Assembly (NCBI GenBank): GCA_907165135.1
Contig: OU015566.1
Span: 10,478,001-10,542,000, forward strand
Reading direction: 5' to 3'
Origin: Oikopleura dioica
Taxonomy: Eukaryota; Animalia; Chordata
Length of the DNA stretch: 64,000 nucleotides
Shown here: in pieces, positions 44,349 to 56,246 of the stretch
Numbering within the stretch: position 1 is the stretch's first letter
How the letters are laid out: each line of letters begins with the position of its first letter
Notes under the pieces: generated by a model
What the model was told of the DNA's origin: nothing
Database searches by the model: none
Seen by the model: the letters and a program-made list of their open reading frames with translations, nothing else
Translations under genes and position numbers: made by a program

Positions 44349-46229
44349 ATGGACAAGTTTATCGGACTCACTATTCAAGTTGAATCTCATAATGGAAAGA
44401 AGCTTGAAGGCGTTGTCGAGGAAATTGATCTAGTCAAGGGATAGAGCATTAATGAGCGCGTTATGAATTTGACTTTGTTTGCAAAATTAACCTATTGGCG
44501 CTTATGCTAATTACCTAAGCTAATCCCTTCGCAGAAACTTCATCGATTTCGCTGAAATCGTGTTCTGGTCAAGTTCACCAAATCGATGCTAAAGACATCA
44601 AGGACCTTGAGGTTCTCGAGTCAACTCCTCCCAGGTAACCCTTACTTGTCTATTTTTTCAAAACCTTTATCAGATCAGCCGAGGACTCCTCCACTTCATC
44701 GTCGAATGAGCCGATTCAATTTGATGATCCGTCGATTTTGAATATTGGGCCGATTCCAGAAGAACTGAGGCTCAAAAATCTTGCGTCGCAACAAGCGCCT
44801 GCTCTTGAAGTTTCGGCATCGGACAAGTTGAAAACAAGGAAATTGTGGAAAGAAAATTTTAAAATTACTAGGTTAACTTTTAAAAATACAGTTTGAAACC
44901 CACTAAAAAGTGACCGAAATGGACATTCACCTCCAATGACCTTCTACCACGAGCCCTCATCCTCTCATCAATACCAACCAAACGCCCGTCCCACTCCCCA
45001 AGCCGCCCAGGCCTACACTTGGCAGCAAACAAACTCCCTGATGATGAACCGGTGGCGGGAAAAGAACTCGCACAGTCCCAATCGTCGCAATGGACAACGA
45101 CAAAACGGTAGAAACGGGAGGCAGAACTTTCCGAGAGACGAGACTTTTGCGACTAATGCGGCGGATTTGGCCGAAGATTTTAACTTTGAAGCATCGAATC
45201 AACTTTTTGACAAGCAACAGGTGTACGGGGAGATGAATATGAATGGATCGGATGATTTCAAGTAAGCTTCGTAAAAATTTTTCGCTCTTAACACGCTTTC
45301 TTAAGCACTAGACCTCCAGGACGCCAGGGCGAAGTAAAATTCCGCCACGATGAAAACGTCATGGACGCATACAACGCCAAGTATGGCGGAACCGAGTACG
45401 AATCGACACCTGGCACCCAAAGCCCCGTCACCGTCCCCCAATGGCGATGCAAAGACAATTCAAGAGATCGAATAGCGGCGCACGGGAACGCTCACGATTT
45501 GCGTCAGAAAATTTTCGCCTCGCTAGTTGCCAAAGCCGACGAGAGAAGAGATTTCATTCATACTCTTGCTACCACGACCACATCGTTTATCGTACGATTA
45601 GTTTTGATTAGAGCGGAAGAATAACGCTTGATTCTAGCTTGAAAAAGTTCAAAGTCAAAGTGACATCTTGTTCTTTCTCGGTCCTACTGGATACGCCGGC
45701 GATATCTCCCTAGTTATTTGCAAAATGGCCTCGAAACTTGGCCACAGATGTTACATCTACACTTGTCCCTTTTTGGAAAGCTCAAATCGACCCTTATCGG
45801 ATAAGCTCAAAGGTCTAACTTCACTGCCCAACATCGAACGCGTGTTCGACTCAAACTTGCCAAACAAAATCGACCTGTTCATCTCTGCCGCTGCGTCCGA
45901 AGATTTTAAATTTCAAGCTTGGTTCCTCGAAGTTCAAGATACGCTGCGTCAAATGCATGTGAAGAATAAAATGGTAAGTTTTATTATGAAAAATTGCGTA
46001 AAAATTGATGGTGTAAAGGAGAGTGGTTTAAATCAAAGGAATGATGATGTTGATGATCGGTTGTTTTCTTGTCGATGAGTTCTTCATCGTCATGATGTTC
46101 AGGATCATCATGAAAATCTTTATGATGATTTTTCGCTGTCGAGCGCCAGTAATTGTCTTAGAGGGTCGAATTATAATTTACAATAGCGCAGGGACAGTCA
46201 ATTTGACCTCTAACCTTCCTGCTATATGA
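44349..46229 (+). CDS. EDC3: Enhancer of mRNA decapping 3 (LSm + FDF + YjeF-N)
   Basis: N-terminal LSm (FIGLTIQVESHNGKKLEGVVEEID), EDFNFEASNQLFDKQQVYGEM (FDF), FRHDENVM, and YjeF-like ILFFLGPTGYAGDISLV...RAPVIVLE. The true stop is uncertain (46229 or about 46463). Confidence 0.88.
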
Positions 46230-47695
46230 GCAGCTTCAAAGTGGAGGTGTTGGTCGAGCTCAAGCATGAGAAGAACATTCATCAGGGTTTTCCTGAGCGG
46301 CTCCTCTTTAGTCGGAAAAGATAAGGTGTCACGAGTGCCTTAAAAAGTGTTTGTCTCTTAGGAAGGACAAATTCAATACTTATCGAGAGCGGATATCGAA
46401 ATGAAGACTGACTGTCTTTCTCTGGTAGAAGTTCGCCGTCTGATAGAGCAGGGGAAAAAATAAAGCAGCCAAAAATTGCTGATAGACAAACCATACTGAC
46501 TGGAAACTCGCTTGGAATGTGAATTTTATATCAAAACCCCGACACAATTTTAAAATTAACTAGGTGTACCGCAAATTATTCCAAGATTTTGATTCTGACG
46601 CTGTCCCTTTAATTTTATAAGGCTTTACCGTCAATTTTATCGAGGAAAATTGACAGTTTATCGCTTCTTTTAAATAAATTGATTTTTAGCTAATCGATCC
46701 ATCCGGAAAAGATCAAGTCTTTTCTTCTAACGACTGGGCGATTTACTCTCTCCTTGCGCCTTCGGTCGACTTCTCCAGCTTGGTGAAGGCCTCTTTCATC
46801 CTGGAAGGATGCCTCGATGCAGCTTTGTATCCCGATGATGCTCAAAAACCGCCACTAAGGAAGCTACTGAACCAAATTTACTGAAGCCAATTGAATCAAC
46901 CAGTTACTTGTGTATTTTAACCTTTACCGTACTCTTTATTTGATGGACCCCAGAATTTTATTTTTATTTTGTAAATAGATCGGTTCCAAACCACCCTATT
47001 TTTTTCTTTTCATTCAATTTTTCAAAAGATTGGACACACGAATTTAGTGCTTTTGACAAGTTGAAGCTTTTATGTAAATTTTTCTGTCTTTTGAGTTAAG
47101 AATAAGGAATCAATTCTTATTCGATTGACACATTTTTACTGGAAGCATGAGAAATCTAAACTTCCTTCAAATTATATTATTAACGGATATAAATTTATGC
47201 TGCTTTGATGCCATTTTTTGCTGGAAATACTGTCAGTAAGGATTTTCCGGCCACTTTTTTTGTTCTGCAACCAGAAGAATACGCTACTACTTTCACCGAA
47301 CGATCTTTGTTGCTTGCTCCGTTACGTCATCAATAACAACAGCCTACCTGTATTCAGTAAACTGTTAGCTTAAGACGTGTTTTACTATATCAACTGTTGC
47401 TTCCGCAGGTTACTGCCAAACTGCCAATTTATGTTTTACCATCGTCGCGCTCTGAAATCAAAGAGGAGTACCACTTGATGACTAAACATTTATTGTCTTC
47501 AAAAATTCTGAGCGACTTGCAAAAACGCTCATTACTGCCATAATATTCAACCTTTGAACAATTCGACAACCAAAAATAGAAACTCCCAAATTTGAAATAG
47601 AAAGAACTTACGCAACTTTCTGAATGAAAGTGCTCTGAATCAATAAACAAACAATTCGGCCTATATTCAACTTCTTGACTTTTGTTACCAACAGA

Positions 47696-49391
47696 ATGGC
47701 ATTGAGAAAGATACGCGTTTTGGAACTAGCGGGGCAGGGATCTAAATTTTTGCCGAAAATCAATTGCGATTGCGACGCAAAATACTCCGGAAATTGCGAT
47801 GCGATTGCGATTTTTGTCGCAAATTGCGAATTTTTCGCGAATTGCGATTTTGTCGCTATTTGCGAAATTTTAGAGAAAAAAGTAACTTTTCATAGAATTT
47901 AAGAAAATTTTTTGAGGTCAGGCTTTCAATTAAGCCTTAAAAACACAGAACATAGGCTCTGAGTCAAAGAAAACTCATGTCAGAATAACAAGGGAGCACT
48001 TTGACAAGACCGAAATTCGCAAAAAAATCGCAATTTGCGAATTATTAGCGAAAACTGAGTTGCGATTGCGATGCGATTGCGATTCGATCAAAAAAGTTTT
48101 TGCGATCGCGAATTTTCTGCGAAATTTCGCATCGCAATCGCAAAATATTCGCAAATTGCGATTCTCGCGAAAAAATTTAGATCCCTGTAGCGGGGTTAGC
48201 GCCAGTTCCATATTGTGGGCAGGTCTTGGCGGATTTAGGAGCGGAAGTTATTCGAGTTGATAGAGCTGGATCAGGTTTTCTATCTCTAATGGGCTACTTA
48301 ACTATTTTTAGCCTTCAACATTGATCAACAATCCAGAGGAAAGAAATCCATCGCGTTGAACCTCAAAGACCCTTCTGGCCAAAAAATCCTTCGCTCGCTC
48401 GCTCGTTCCTCCGATGTTCTCCTTGATCCCTTTCGCCCTGGTGTCATGGAGCGCCTCAACTGCGGTCCAGAGCGCATCGCAAACGATCGCCTCATCTTCG
48501 CACGGTTGAGCGGTTTTGGCCAGACGGGGCCAATGCGCGACGTAGCTGGACACGATATTAACTATTTAGCGCAGTCGGGTGTTCTTGATTCCCTCAGAGA
48601 TTCCACTGGCAAACCTTGTCCTCCGGTGAACCTCGTCGCGGATTTCGCTGGTGGAGGAGTTATGATGGCGCTTGGAGTAACCTCAGCGATTATCGAGAGG
48701 GGTAACACCGGAAAAGGTCAAGTTCTGGACCTGGCAATGTCAGAAGGAGCTGCGTACGCTTCAGGCTTTCTTTGGTCAATGAGAAGTCTTTTCCCGGGAG
48801 CAAAGGGAACCAATATGTTGGATGGTGGAGCCCCGTTCTACGGGTAAGCAACCCAATTTCACGATGAATCATCATCTTCACCATTCAGCGTTTACGAAAC
48901 GAAAGATGGCCGATTCATGGCCTTGGGTGCAATTGAGCCGCAATTCTACCAAGTATTTCTTGAGAAAAGCGGGTTGAAAGAGCTCGATGATCTTCCAAAT
49001 CAAATGGACCAGGAAGAATGGGGAAAATTGAGGAAAATCATCGAAGAGAAGTTTTTGGAGAAGACTCAACAGGAGTGGGCAGATATTTTCGATATGACTG
49101 ATGCATGCGTGAGTCCTGTGATGACCGCTGAAGAAGCCGCAGAAAATATACATAACAAAGAGAGGTTTTAATCGAAATAACTTCTGTTTTATTCATTTAT
49201 TCTGTAGGAATTCATTTCTTCTCGATGAGCACGGCCAGTTCTTTCCCCGTCCTGTCCCAGGATCAAGCACTTCTACCGGCTTCGTCCCAACAATCCAGCC
49301 AAATGTCGGCCAGCACACAGTTGAAATTCTATCCGAGCTCTATTCAAAACGCGAAGTCCGCAAATTCCTCGAAAATGGCATCGTCTCATAA
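47696..49391 (+). CDS. AMACR: Alpha-methylacyl-CoA racemase (CoA-transferase III fold); exon 1 is interrupted by a MITE
   Basis: [13 protein letters not shown][insert][97 protein letters not shown]. Confidence 0.95.
47735..48187. mobile_element. hAT-like MITE with GCGAT(T) subterminal repeats, inside the AMACR coding exon
   Basis: TIR CAGGGATCTAAATTTTT / AAAAATTTAGATCCCTG; exact 8-bp TSD TAGCGGGG at 47727-34 and 48188-95. Confidence 0.95.
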
Positions 49392-49524
49392 ACTTCTATT
49401 TTCTTACAGTTCATAAATTTAAATTTATTTTTATTCCTCCTGATGTTCAACCTCTTGCCTGATTTCTGTGATTGACCTTGATTTCTTCATTTATTTTCTG
49501 ACGCGTTTTCCTTTAGAAGTCAAA

Positions 49525-51823
49525 ATGGGATGTTGTTGGGGTGGTAATAAAGACACGCTGCAAAAATGGGATGTAAAACAGAAGAAATCATGCACCGACA
49601 TCATTTGTCTGGTGATTTTCATTCTATACGTCGGAGCTATGGCCTGCATCACGGCGTTTTCCATCTCTACTGGCGGTGCCGATAGAGTTATATACGGAAG
49701 TGACTCGTATGGAAACATCTGCGGCCAGAACAACACTGGAAAAGGCGTAGGAACTCACCAGTATCATGGTCTCGACATGACTTACAAACCTTACGTCTTC
49801 TTCTTTGATTTCGTAGCTGAATCAGCCGAACTGGTCTCCAGCGACTTACCAAATACGTACTCCCTCGAAGCCTGCGTCCACGAATGCCCTGATGGACAAT
49901 ACAAAGGCGACACACACACTCCAATGGACTACCTCGTCCAAGAATACCAAGAAGGAAACAACCTCTGTTTCAAAAACTACGATCTCGAGCAAAAAAACTT
50001 CGACGCCAAAGCTGAGCTCCGAAAAGCTCCAACTGGCAAAAATTCTGTCTGCCCCGCTCTACCGATCAAGGATCACACGGTCTTCATGAACCGCTGCATC
50101 CCAAAGAGCCTTGGCGAAACCGCGTCCACCGTGGCCGAGTTCTTCAACAACATTCCAACCGTAGAAAAAATTGCTATTGATTTGTATTCTGCTAGATACA
50201 CCCTTCTCTACACTTCTTTGATTTCTATCGCGCTTTCTTGTATTTCTGTTCTCTTGCTTCGCTACTTGGCTTCTGTTCTCGTTTGGGTGGTTATTGGCGG
50301 GCTTTCGTTCGCTTCACTCGTTGCTACTGCCCTCTTGTGGTACTCGTATGCGATTAGTCAGGGAGCGGTTGAAAACGAATTCGAGCAATTGGATCAAGTT
50401 GTCAATCCTCTCAGGGAAGGCTTTTGATTCTAAAGGTATCTGTCTGACAGATTATCTGTGAAGAATCTTCACTGAAGATAGCAATTCTAAAGCCAGATAA
50501 GTAATCACAAAGACATCCTTTACTTTGCAATTGGTGTCAGTATCTTCTCCGTTTTGATGATTTTATTCTGTCTTGTTGCGATCAAGCGAGCAAAACTCGC
50601 CGCAGCTCTCTTTGCCGAAGCTGGAAAGACAGTTTCAAAGATTCCATGGATTCTCATGCAAGGTTTGTATTCACGGGAAAGAATAATTCTGACGTCTCAA
50701 TAGGTTTTTGGATGTACATCGCGCTGATCTCCCTCTGGTCCCTTTGGTCCTTTTCTCTTGCCTTCCTTGCCTCATCGGGCGAACAATCTGTCGATCCATC
50801 AACTGGCTACGTCACAACTAACAACAACAAAGACCTCTGGTGGGCCTATTTGATTCAAATCTTCGGCGTTATTTGGCTCACTGAAGTAGTCTTTGCTTGC
50901 CATCAATTTGTCCTGTCTTCTGCCGTCGCTTCATATTATTTTACTCGAGATAAGAAACGATTCGAGCGAGGTTAGGCGCTACTTTCTCTTAAAAACTCAT
51001 GGGTTTCATTAGAATCTCCATTGTTGACGGCGGTTCTCCAGTTAGTAACTTACCATTTGGGCTCAATCTGCTTCGGTGCTCTTCTTGTTGCCTTATTGAG
51101 AATTCCACAAGCCATTTGCTCGTACATCTACCACAAAGGTTTTTTTACATTCTTGACGTCATTTTTAACTCTTTTACAGCGAAACAAACGAACAACAAAG
51201 TTGCACAGATTCTTTCCAAAGCCTGCATTTGCTGCCTTTTCTGTTTCGAGAAAATCCTGCGCTTTTTCAACGCCACTAGTTATGCCATGATCGCCATAAC
51301 AGGACAGGTAAGATCAAGTTTGATGAACACAAGCATTTCATTTCTTAGAATTACTGTTCTTCTGCCTGTATGGGCGCGGCAACAATCGCCTCTAATGCCT
51401 TCCGAGTTGGGGCTATCGCTGTCGTTGGCGGACTGACGCTTTTCCTTGGAAAAGTGCTGATCGCCGTCCTCTCCGCCATTATCGCCGGAGTTCTTATTCA
51501 AAATATACCCGATCATCCAGAGATTAATTCAATCGCTGTTCCAGCTATTGCCGCTGCGATTGTTGGATACATCATCGCCGCTGGTTTCTATGCCACTTTC
51601 TCGACCGCCGTCGATACGCTTCTACTCTGCTTCTGTGAAGGTAGACTACGACATTCTATTCTCTATTCTTAATTTGCTCTTAGATGTACGCGTTAACGAC
51701 GGAACGGAAGTTAAGCCTTATTTCATGAACAAATCGTTGATGATTTTCGTCCAATACGCCGACGCCCAAGTTTCCCACAAAGGATCCTCGTACGAAGAAT
51801 CCGAGCCCCTACGAACCATGTGA
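49525..51823 (+). CDS. SLC44A1: Choline transporter-like protein (SLC44/CTL family, CTL1-like)
   Basis: MGCC...KSCTDIICLVIF, RVIYGSDSYGNICG, ACVHECP, MNRCIP, YHLGSICFGALLVAL, CCLFCFEKILRFFNATSYAMIAITGQNYCSSA, TAVDTLLLCFCED, PYFMNKSLMIFV. Confidence 0.95.
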
Positions 51824-52339
51824 TCTTACCAAAAAACGAACCAATGCTAGAATTTACCTCCGCTACTGACCTAATCTTAACTTCCAACTCTTCTATATTT
51901 TACAATTCAATCAATTATTTTTCAGTTTACGTAAAATTCTCTTTTACGAACATTTTCATTTCTTTTCCTTGCAAATACTTCCTTGCTCTTACTACGAACC
52001 CCTTTTTTGTAATTTCTGCCAAGATATCTTTTCCATTTAAAATACATGTGCACTTATCACACTAATATAAATGATAATTATTTTTCTGTGGTATTAATAA
52101 TTATCATAGTCAATGTTTTTTGCAGGTTACTTTTATAATGAATTTCATCTTGAATTTTGACGAATGAGTAATGACAGTTTCAAATTTAATGAAAGTCAAT
52201 GTCCTCTGAGAGGACTCCTCTCTGTTGATTGAGAATGAAATCAACAAGGACGTACTTATGTTCTCAGCTCAAGCTTATTCTATCAAGAAATTTTGCAGAA
52301 CTTATCTCCCACGGATTAATTTTAAGTTGCAAGAGTTGT

Positions 52340-52410
52340 TTGTCTTGTGTTTTGCAGTCGCTTCTTGCTATTTTACTAGAGATAAGGAGCGATTTGAACA
52401 GGGTAAGCGC
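52340..52410 (+). pseudogene. Diverged duplicate fragment of an SLC44 exon
   Basis: FVLCFAVASCYFTRDKERFEQG|gtaag parallels 50907-50978 (FVLSSAVASYYFTRDKKRFERG|gttag), including the donor site. Confidence 0.7.
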
Positions 52411-52464
52411 CCTCTTATTCCGATATGTTCGATAAGGGGATTTCCTCGAAGAGCGTCTTTTCTC

Positions 52465-53621
52465 GAGTGGTCTCCGTTTGCCCAAGTCGCCGTTTGCCCA
52501 AGTCGCCGTCTGCCCAAGATCGCCGTTTGCCCAACTTGGGCAGACGGAGACTTGGGCAAACGGCGATCAAATTGAAAATATAATCATAATTCAATTTAAA
52601 GAGATTAATTCAAGGTTTCAGAAATTTATGAGCGCAAAGGAGACTTTTATTTCAGTTTATAATTACTAAAATCGGAAAAATTTCTCATCTTGAATTATGA
52701 AATCAAAACCAGCAGGATAGGATAGATTTTTAGTGGTAAGTAAAATCGCTAGTTTTACTTCCGAGGCCTACAGATTGAGGAAACGATGGATGCGCCGAGT
52801 CCTCACAAGCGCTAATCCCCAACTTGGCTGAGTTAATGGTCACATATTGATGTTTCTTGTGATTCATTATCGGTTCGTTCTATTTTTGGAGTTATTTCTG
52901 ATTGAAACTTAGGTAAAACAATCATTGTGAGTAGTGAGAAAAAGAGAAAAAGGGGAAAACTGATGAAACTCTTCCCAAAACCTCCTCCAAGCGAAGAGGA
53001 GTACTTAGGCTTGATTTAAAAACATCAAATGTACAATCTTATGACAACCGAATAAGTTATTCGGAATAACGATCCAGTCTCAGTAAACCGGAGCCTTTTT
53101 TCTTCTTGATAAACTCTTCCGCGAATAGTATTTTAGGACTTTGATTGAGAATTTAGCGACTCTTATAATTAGACCATCCATTACGAAGGCTCTTCGTTAT
53201 CAATGTAAACGATGTCATTTCGGAAAGCTTCCGTAGAGTCCACGATACTGTATTTTTCATTTCGTCTCTTATTTATGTGTTTATTCTCAAGAATTTATTC
53301 GAAAATCGGATATAACTATTGAAAAACAATATAAGAAAATTGTGGTGGTCTTGTCAAGAATCCACGGTTAATAACCGTTCAAAAGACATAACTGGACAAC
53401 CTTTGTTTTCACCTGAAAGTCTCTGCAAATCAGACCGCAATCAGCAGACTCAGTGATGATAATGAAATTGTCGCCTTACTTCTATCATTTTATGATCGAT
53501 CAATTTAATAAAATTCACATCGCCGTTTGCCTAAGATCTCCGTCTGCCCAAGTTGGGCAAACGGCGACTTGGGCAGACGGCGACTTGGGCAAACGGCGAC
53601 TTGGGCAAACGGAGACCACTC
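52465..53621. mobile_element. Mutator-like non-autonomous element
   Basis: TIR GAGTGGTCTCCGTTTGCCCAAG with tandem (TCGCCGTTTGCCCAAG) arrays; exact 9-bp TSD TCTTTTCTC at 52456-64 and 53622-30. Confidence 0.9.
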
Positions 53622-53697
53622 TCTTTTCTCATCACTCTGCAGAAATTTGCCGATGTTCTTGCTCTCACGATTTTTTATTTAATAAAAAGACACAGTT

Positions 53698-55022
53698 TTA
53701 ATCAGAAATATTGATAAGAACATCATCATCTTCTGACGTTTCTTTCTTATGATTGTTCATATGAACATGAAGAGTCCGAGCTTGGCAGAATCCTTTACCG
53801 CAGATCTTGCATTTGAACGGCTTTTCGGCCGCGTGAATGTATCTGAAGTAATTTTTGTTATAAGGGAACGAAGGCTATTTGCTAAGGATAAGAAGAGCGC
53901 GTTTGCTTTTGAAATTTCAGAAGTCACTTTCGCGTTCGATTTTATGTTATCGTTGACGTTTGCTCGTCGGTGGGAAAGTATTGCTAAGCTTCTCGCCTCA
54001 GGCACTGTTAGTTCAGCTTGGGCACGCGCTTCCTTGAGAGACAGGGCGGCACCAAGAGGATTAAAACTTCACAAACGCTTTCACAACGATTTCAAAATGG
54101 CTCAAACTGGCTGTCACGAAAAAGTGTTAAAATTTATTGCTGTCAACCGATGTTCTCAGCTTTGTTAGCTTGGAGATTGTGTTATTCAGCAGGTTGATGG
54201 GAATAAAGCCAGAAGCTGCGGAAATTTCCTACTCATTACACACTAATCATGGGCAATTTTTACTTGGGAACAGTTCGCCCTATTCAAACATTACTCTATT
54301 TTGCTACCGGATGCAGTTAAAATCGTTTAAAAAGAAATTAAAGAACATAAAGCTCTTCTACTGAATGCAAATCAGACCTCGGTATCCTGTAGGATTTAAT
54401 AGATATCCTGGACACTCCCAAAAACCAAACTTACTTGTGATCTCGAAGATGGTCTTGTCTTCTAAAAGCTTTCTGACAAATATCGCACTTGAAAGGCCTT
54501 TCGTCTGTATGAGTTCGTTCGTGGATCATCAAATTATAACTCTTTGTAAATTTTCGTTTGCAAAATCTAATCAATAGTTATTTTCTGTTGAAAATTTCTG
54601 TGTGAAAATCAAATAGACTTACCTACAAATATGTTGCTTCTTTGGCCTCGTTTTCCTCTTGACTACTGTCTTATCGACTGTGGCGGACTCGGCAAGTTTG
54701 TGAAAGTCGAATTTCTTTCCCTCTGAAGATTCGGGTATTTTCGGGATCACTGAAGACATAGAAGAGAACGGAGGGACTCCCATTCCTTGAAGATTAATAA
54801 GGGGAAAAGATGGATGGATCTGACTGCTCATTTGTTGAAGTTGTGAAGCTTGGTGGATAAGATTCTGTTGGTGTTGAAGAAATTGAAGATGGTTGAGGTA
54901 GACATTGAGGGGACTTTGTATCTGTTGTTGCATAAAATTGGGTTCTAAATAAAGACAACGACTATATTTAGACTTTTCACAACTTGTTTAATACCTGTCA
55001 CTGGGAAAGAATAACAGCTCAT
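53698..55022 (-). CDS. OSR: Odd-skipped-related C2H2 transcription factor (3 fingers)
   Basis: [12 protein letters not shown] motif; [82 protein letters not shown] is diagnostic of Odd/Osr. Confidence 0.95.
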
Positions 55023-55720
55023 CTCTGTAGTCAATTCGATTTGTAGTTTCAGTAGACTGGCAGGTGCAGATGCTTCGCCAGAACAAGTTCAAACACTCCC
55101 AATGGTCAAACAATCGCTCTGGAGCACCAGAACTCGTTGCTCCATAGTATGGAGTCCAAACGCTTGATAATGGAAGATTAAAATCACCAGAAATAAAGTA
55201 TTTCGGAAAATATTTACCTAAATAAACTGTCCTATTTATCGGTAGCGACTACTTTCCAAGAATTTCTTCGGAAAAAAGAACTCTTTCGCCAGGCTATGTA
55301 GGTACTTTAAAGCCTATGCAGTCAATATTTTATTGACATAAATTTACTATCAATAAACCATAATTATCTGTTGACAAGGCTCTGACTTCAGAAGGCCCGT
55401 AAATTTACCATGGAGTTGAGCTCTAAGGGGAGATTAGAGAATCTGAGCGACCCTGGGCCAGGGTCCCTGGCCCTGAGAGTCGCTCGATGTGCAGCGCGCG
55501 CAATTTCGCGGCAAGAGCACCTAGTATTTTCTTTATTCTGGATATATGCTCAACAGAAGAAAGACGCTTACACGAACAAATATCGTCGGAGACAAATTAT
55601 TTTTCTTGTAGATATTTCTAAATGTTCCAGGTTACCTGGAAAAGAATTCAAAATTTCAAGATCACCGTCATTGTCCTATTTAGCGAGTCTCAGCTGTAGC
55701 GTAAATCCGAGTTGGCTTAA

Positions 55721-56246
55721 CCTTAGCCCGCCAAGCTACACCACAACTCGAGAACCGGCCACTTATTTGCTCACTGGGCTGGACGTTGAAAGTTTTTTTG
55801 AAAATTGAGGAAACGTTGAGACGGCTTTATCGATTATCTATCGATGATGGACTTTTCAGCCTTTTTCTGACAGACCTTAGCGTCGGTAGACCCTTATTTT
55901 TGCAAAAAGTCCCTACACCATATATGGTGTCGAGCTACAATTGTTGCTACACCATATATGGTGTTTTTGGCGGGTACCCCAGCTTTTTCCCAGCGATTTT
56001 GCCGAAATTTTACCCCGGTTAGCTTCTCTGATCCTCAATTTATGAACTTCTCTGAGAGAATTTTCGATTAAATGAACTTTGGTATGATGATTGGAGCACT
56101 ATTATTGAACAAAAAAATTATTTTTCAGCAAAGATTTTTAAAAAAATCATGATAAACCAAATATGGTGCAGAGCTTTAATAGAGGATGCACCATATATGG
56201 TGTTCTTGGCGGGTACCCCAGAAAATCCACTTTTGGCGGGCTAAGG
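55721..56246. mobile_element. piggyBac-like MITE
   Basis: TTAA flanks (55717-20 and 56247-50); 14-bp TIR CCTTAGCCCGCCAA; an internal module duplicated about 239 bp apart. Confidence 0.8.
55918..56200. promoter_or_regulatory. Four CArG-box (CC[A/T]6GG) motifs inside the MITE
   Basis: CCATATATGG at 55918, 55952 and 56191; CCAAATATGG at 56157. Function as SRF sites is not shown. Confidence 0.4.

Noticed and set aside
47675-48260. Cys/Asp/Ala-rich ORFs on both strands
   Set aside because: These are translations of the GCGAT repeats of the MITE, not genes.
50398-50496. Apparent need for a non-canonical donor in SLC44 because the ORF stops at 50427
   Set aside because: In-frame GT donors exist at 50398 and 50401, so a canonical intron is possible.
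53849-54434. Open frames on both strands in the long Osr intron as extra zinc-finger exons (5-finger isoform)
   Set aside because: No C2H2 pattern; the plus-strand ORF is largely antisense to the last finger exon.
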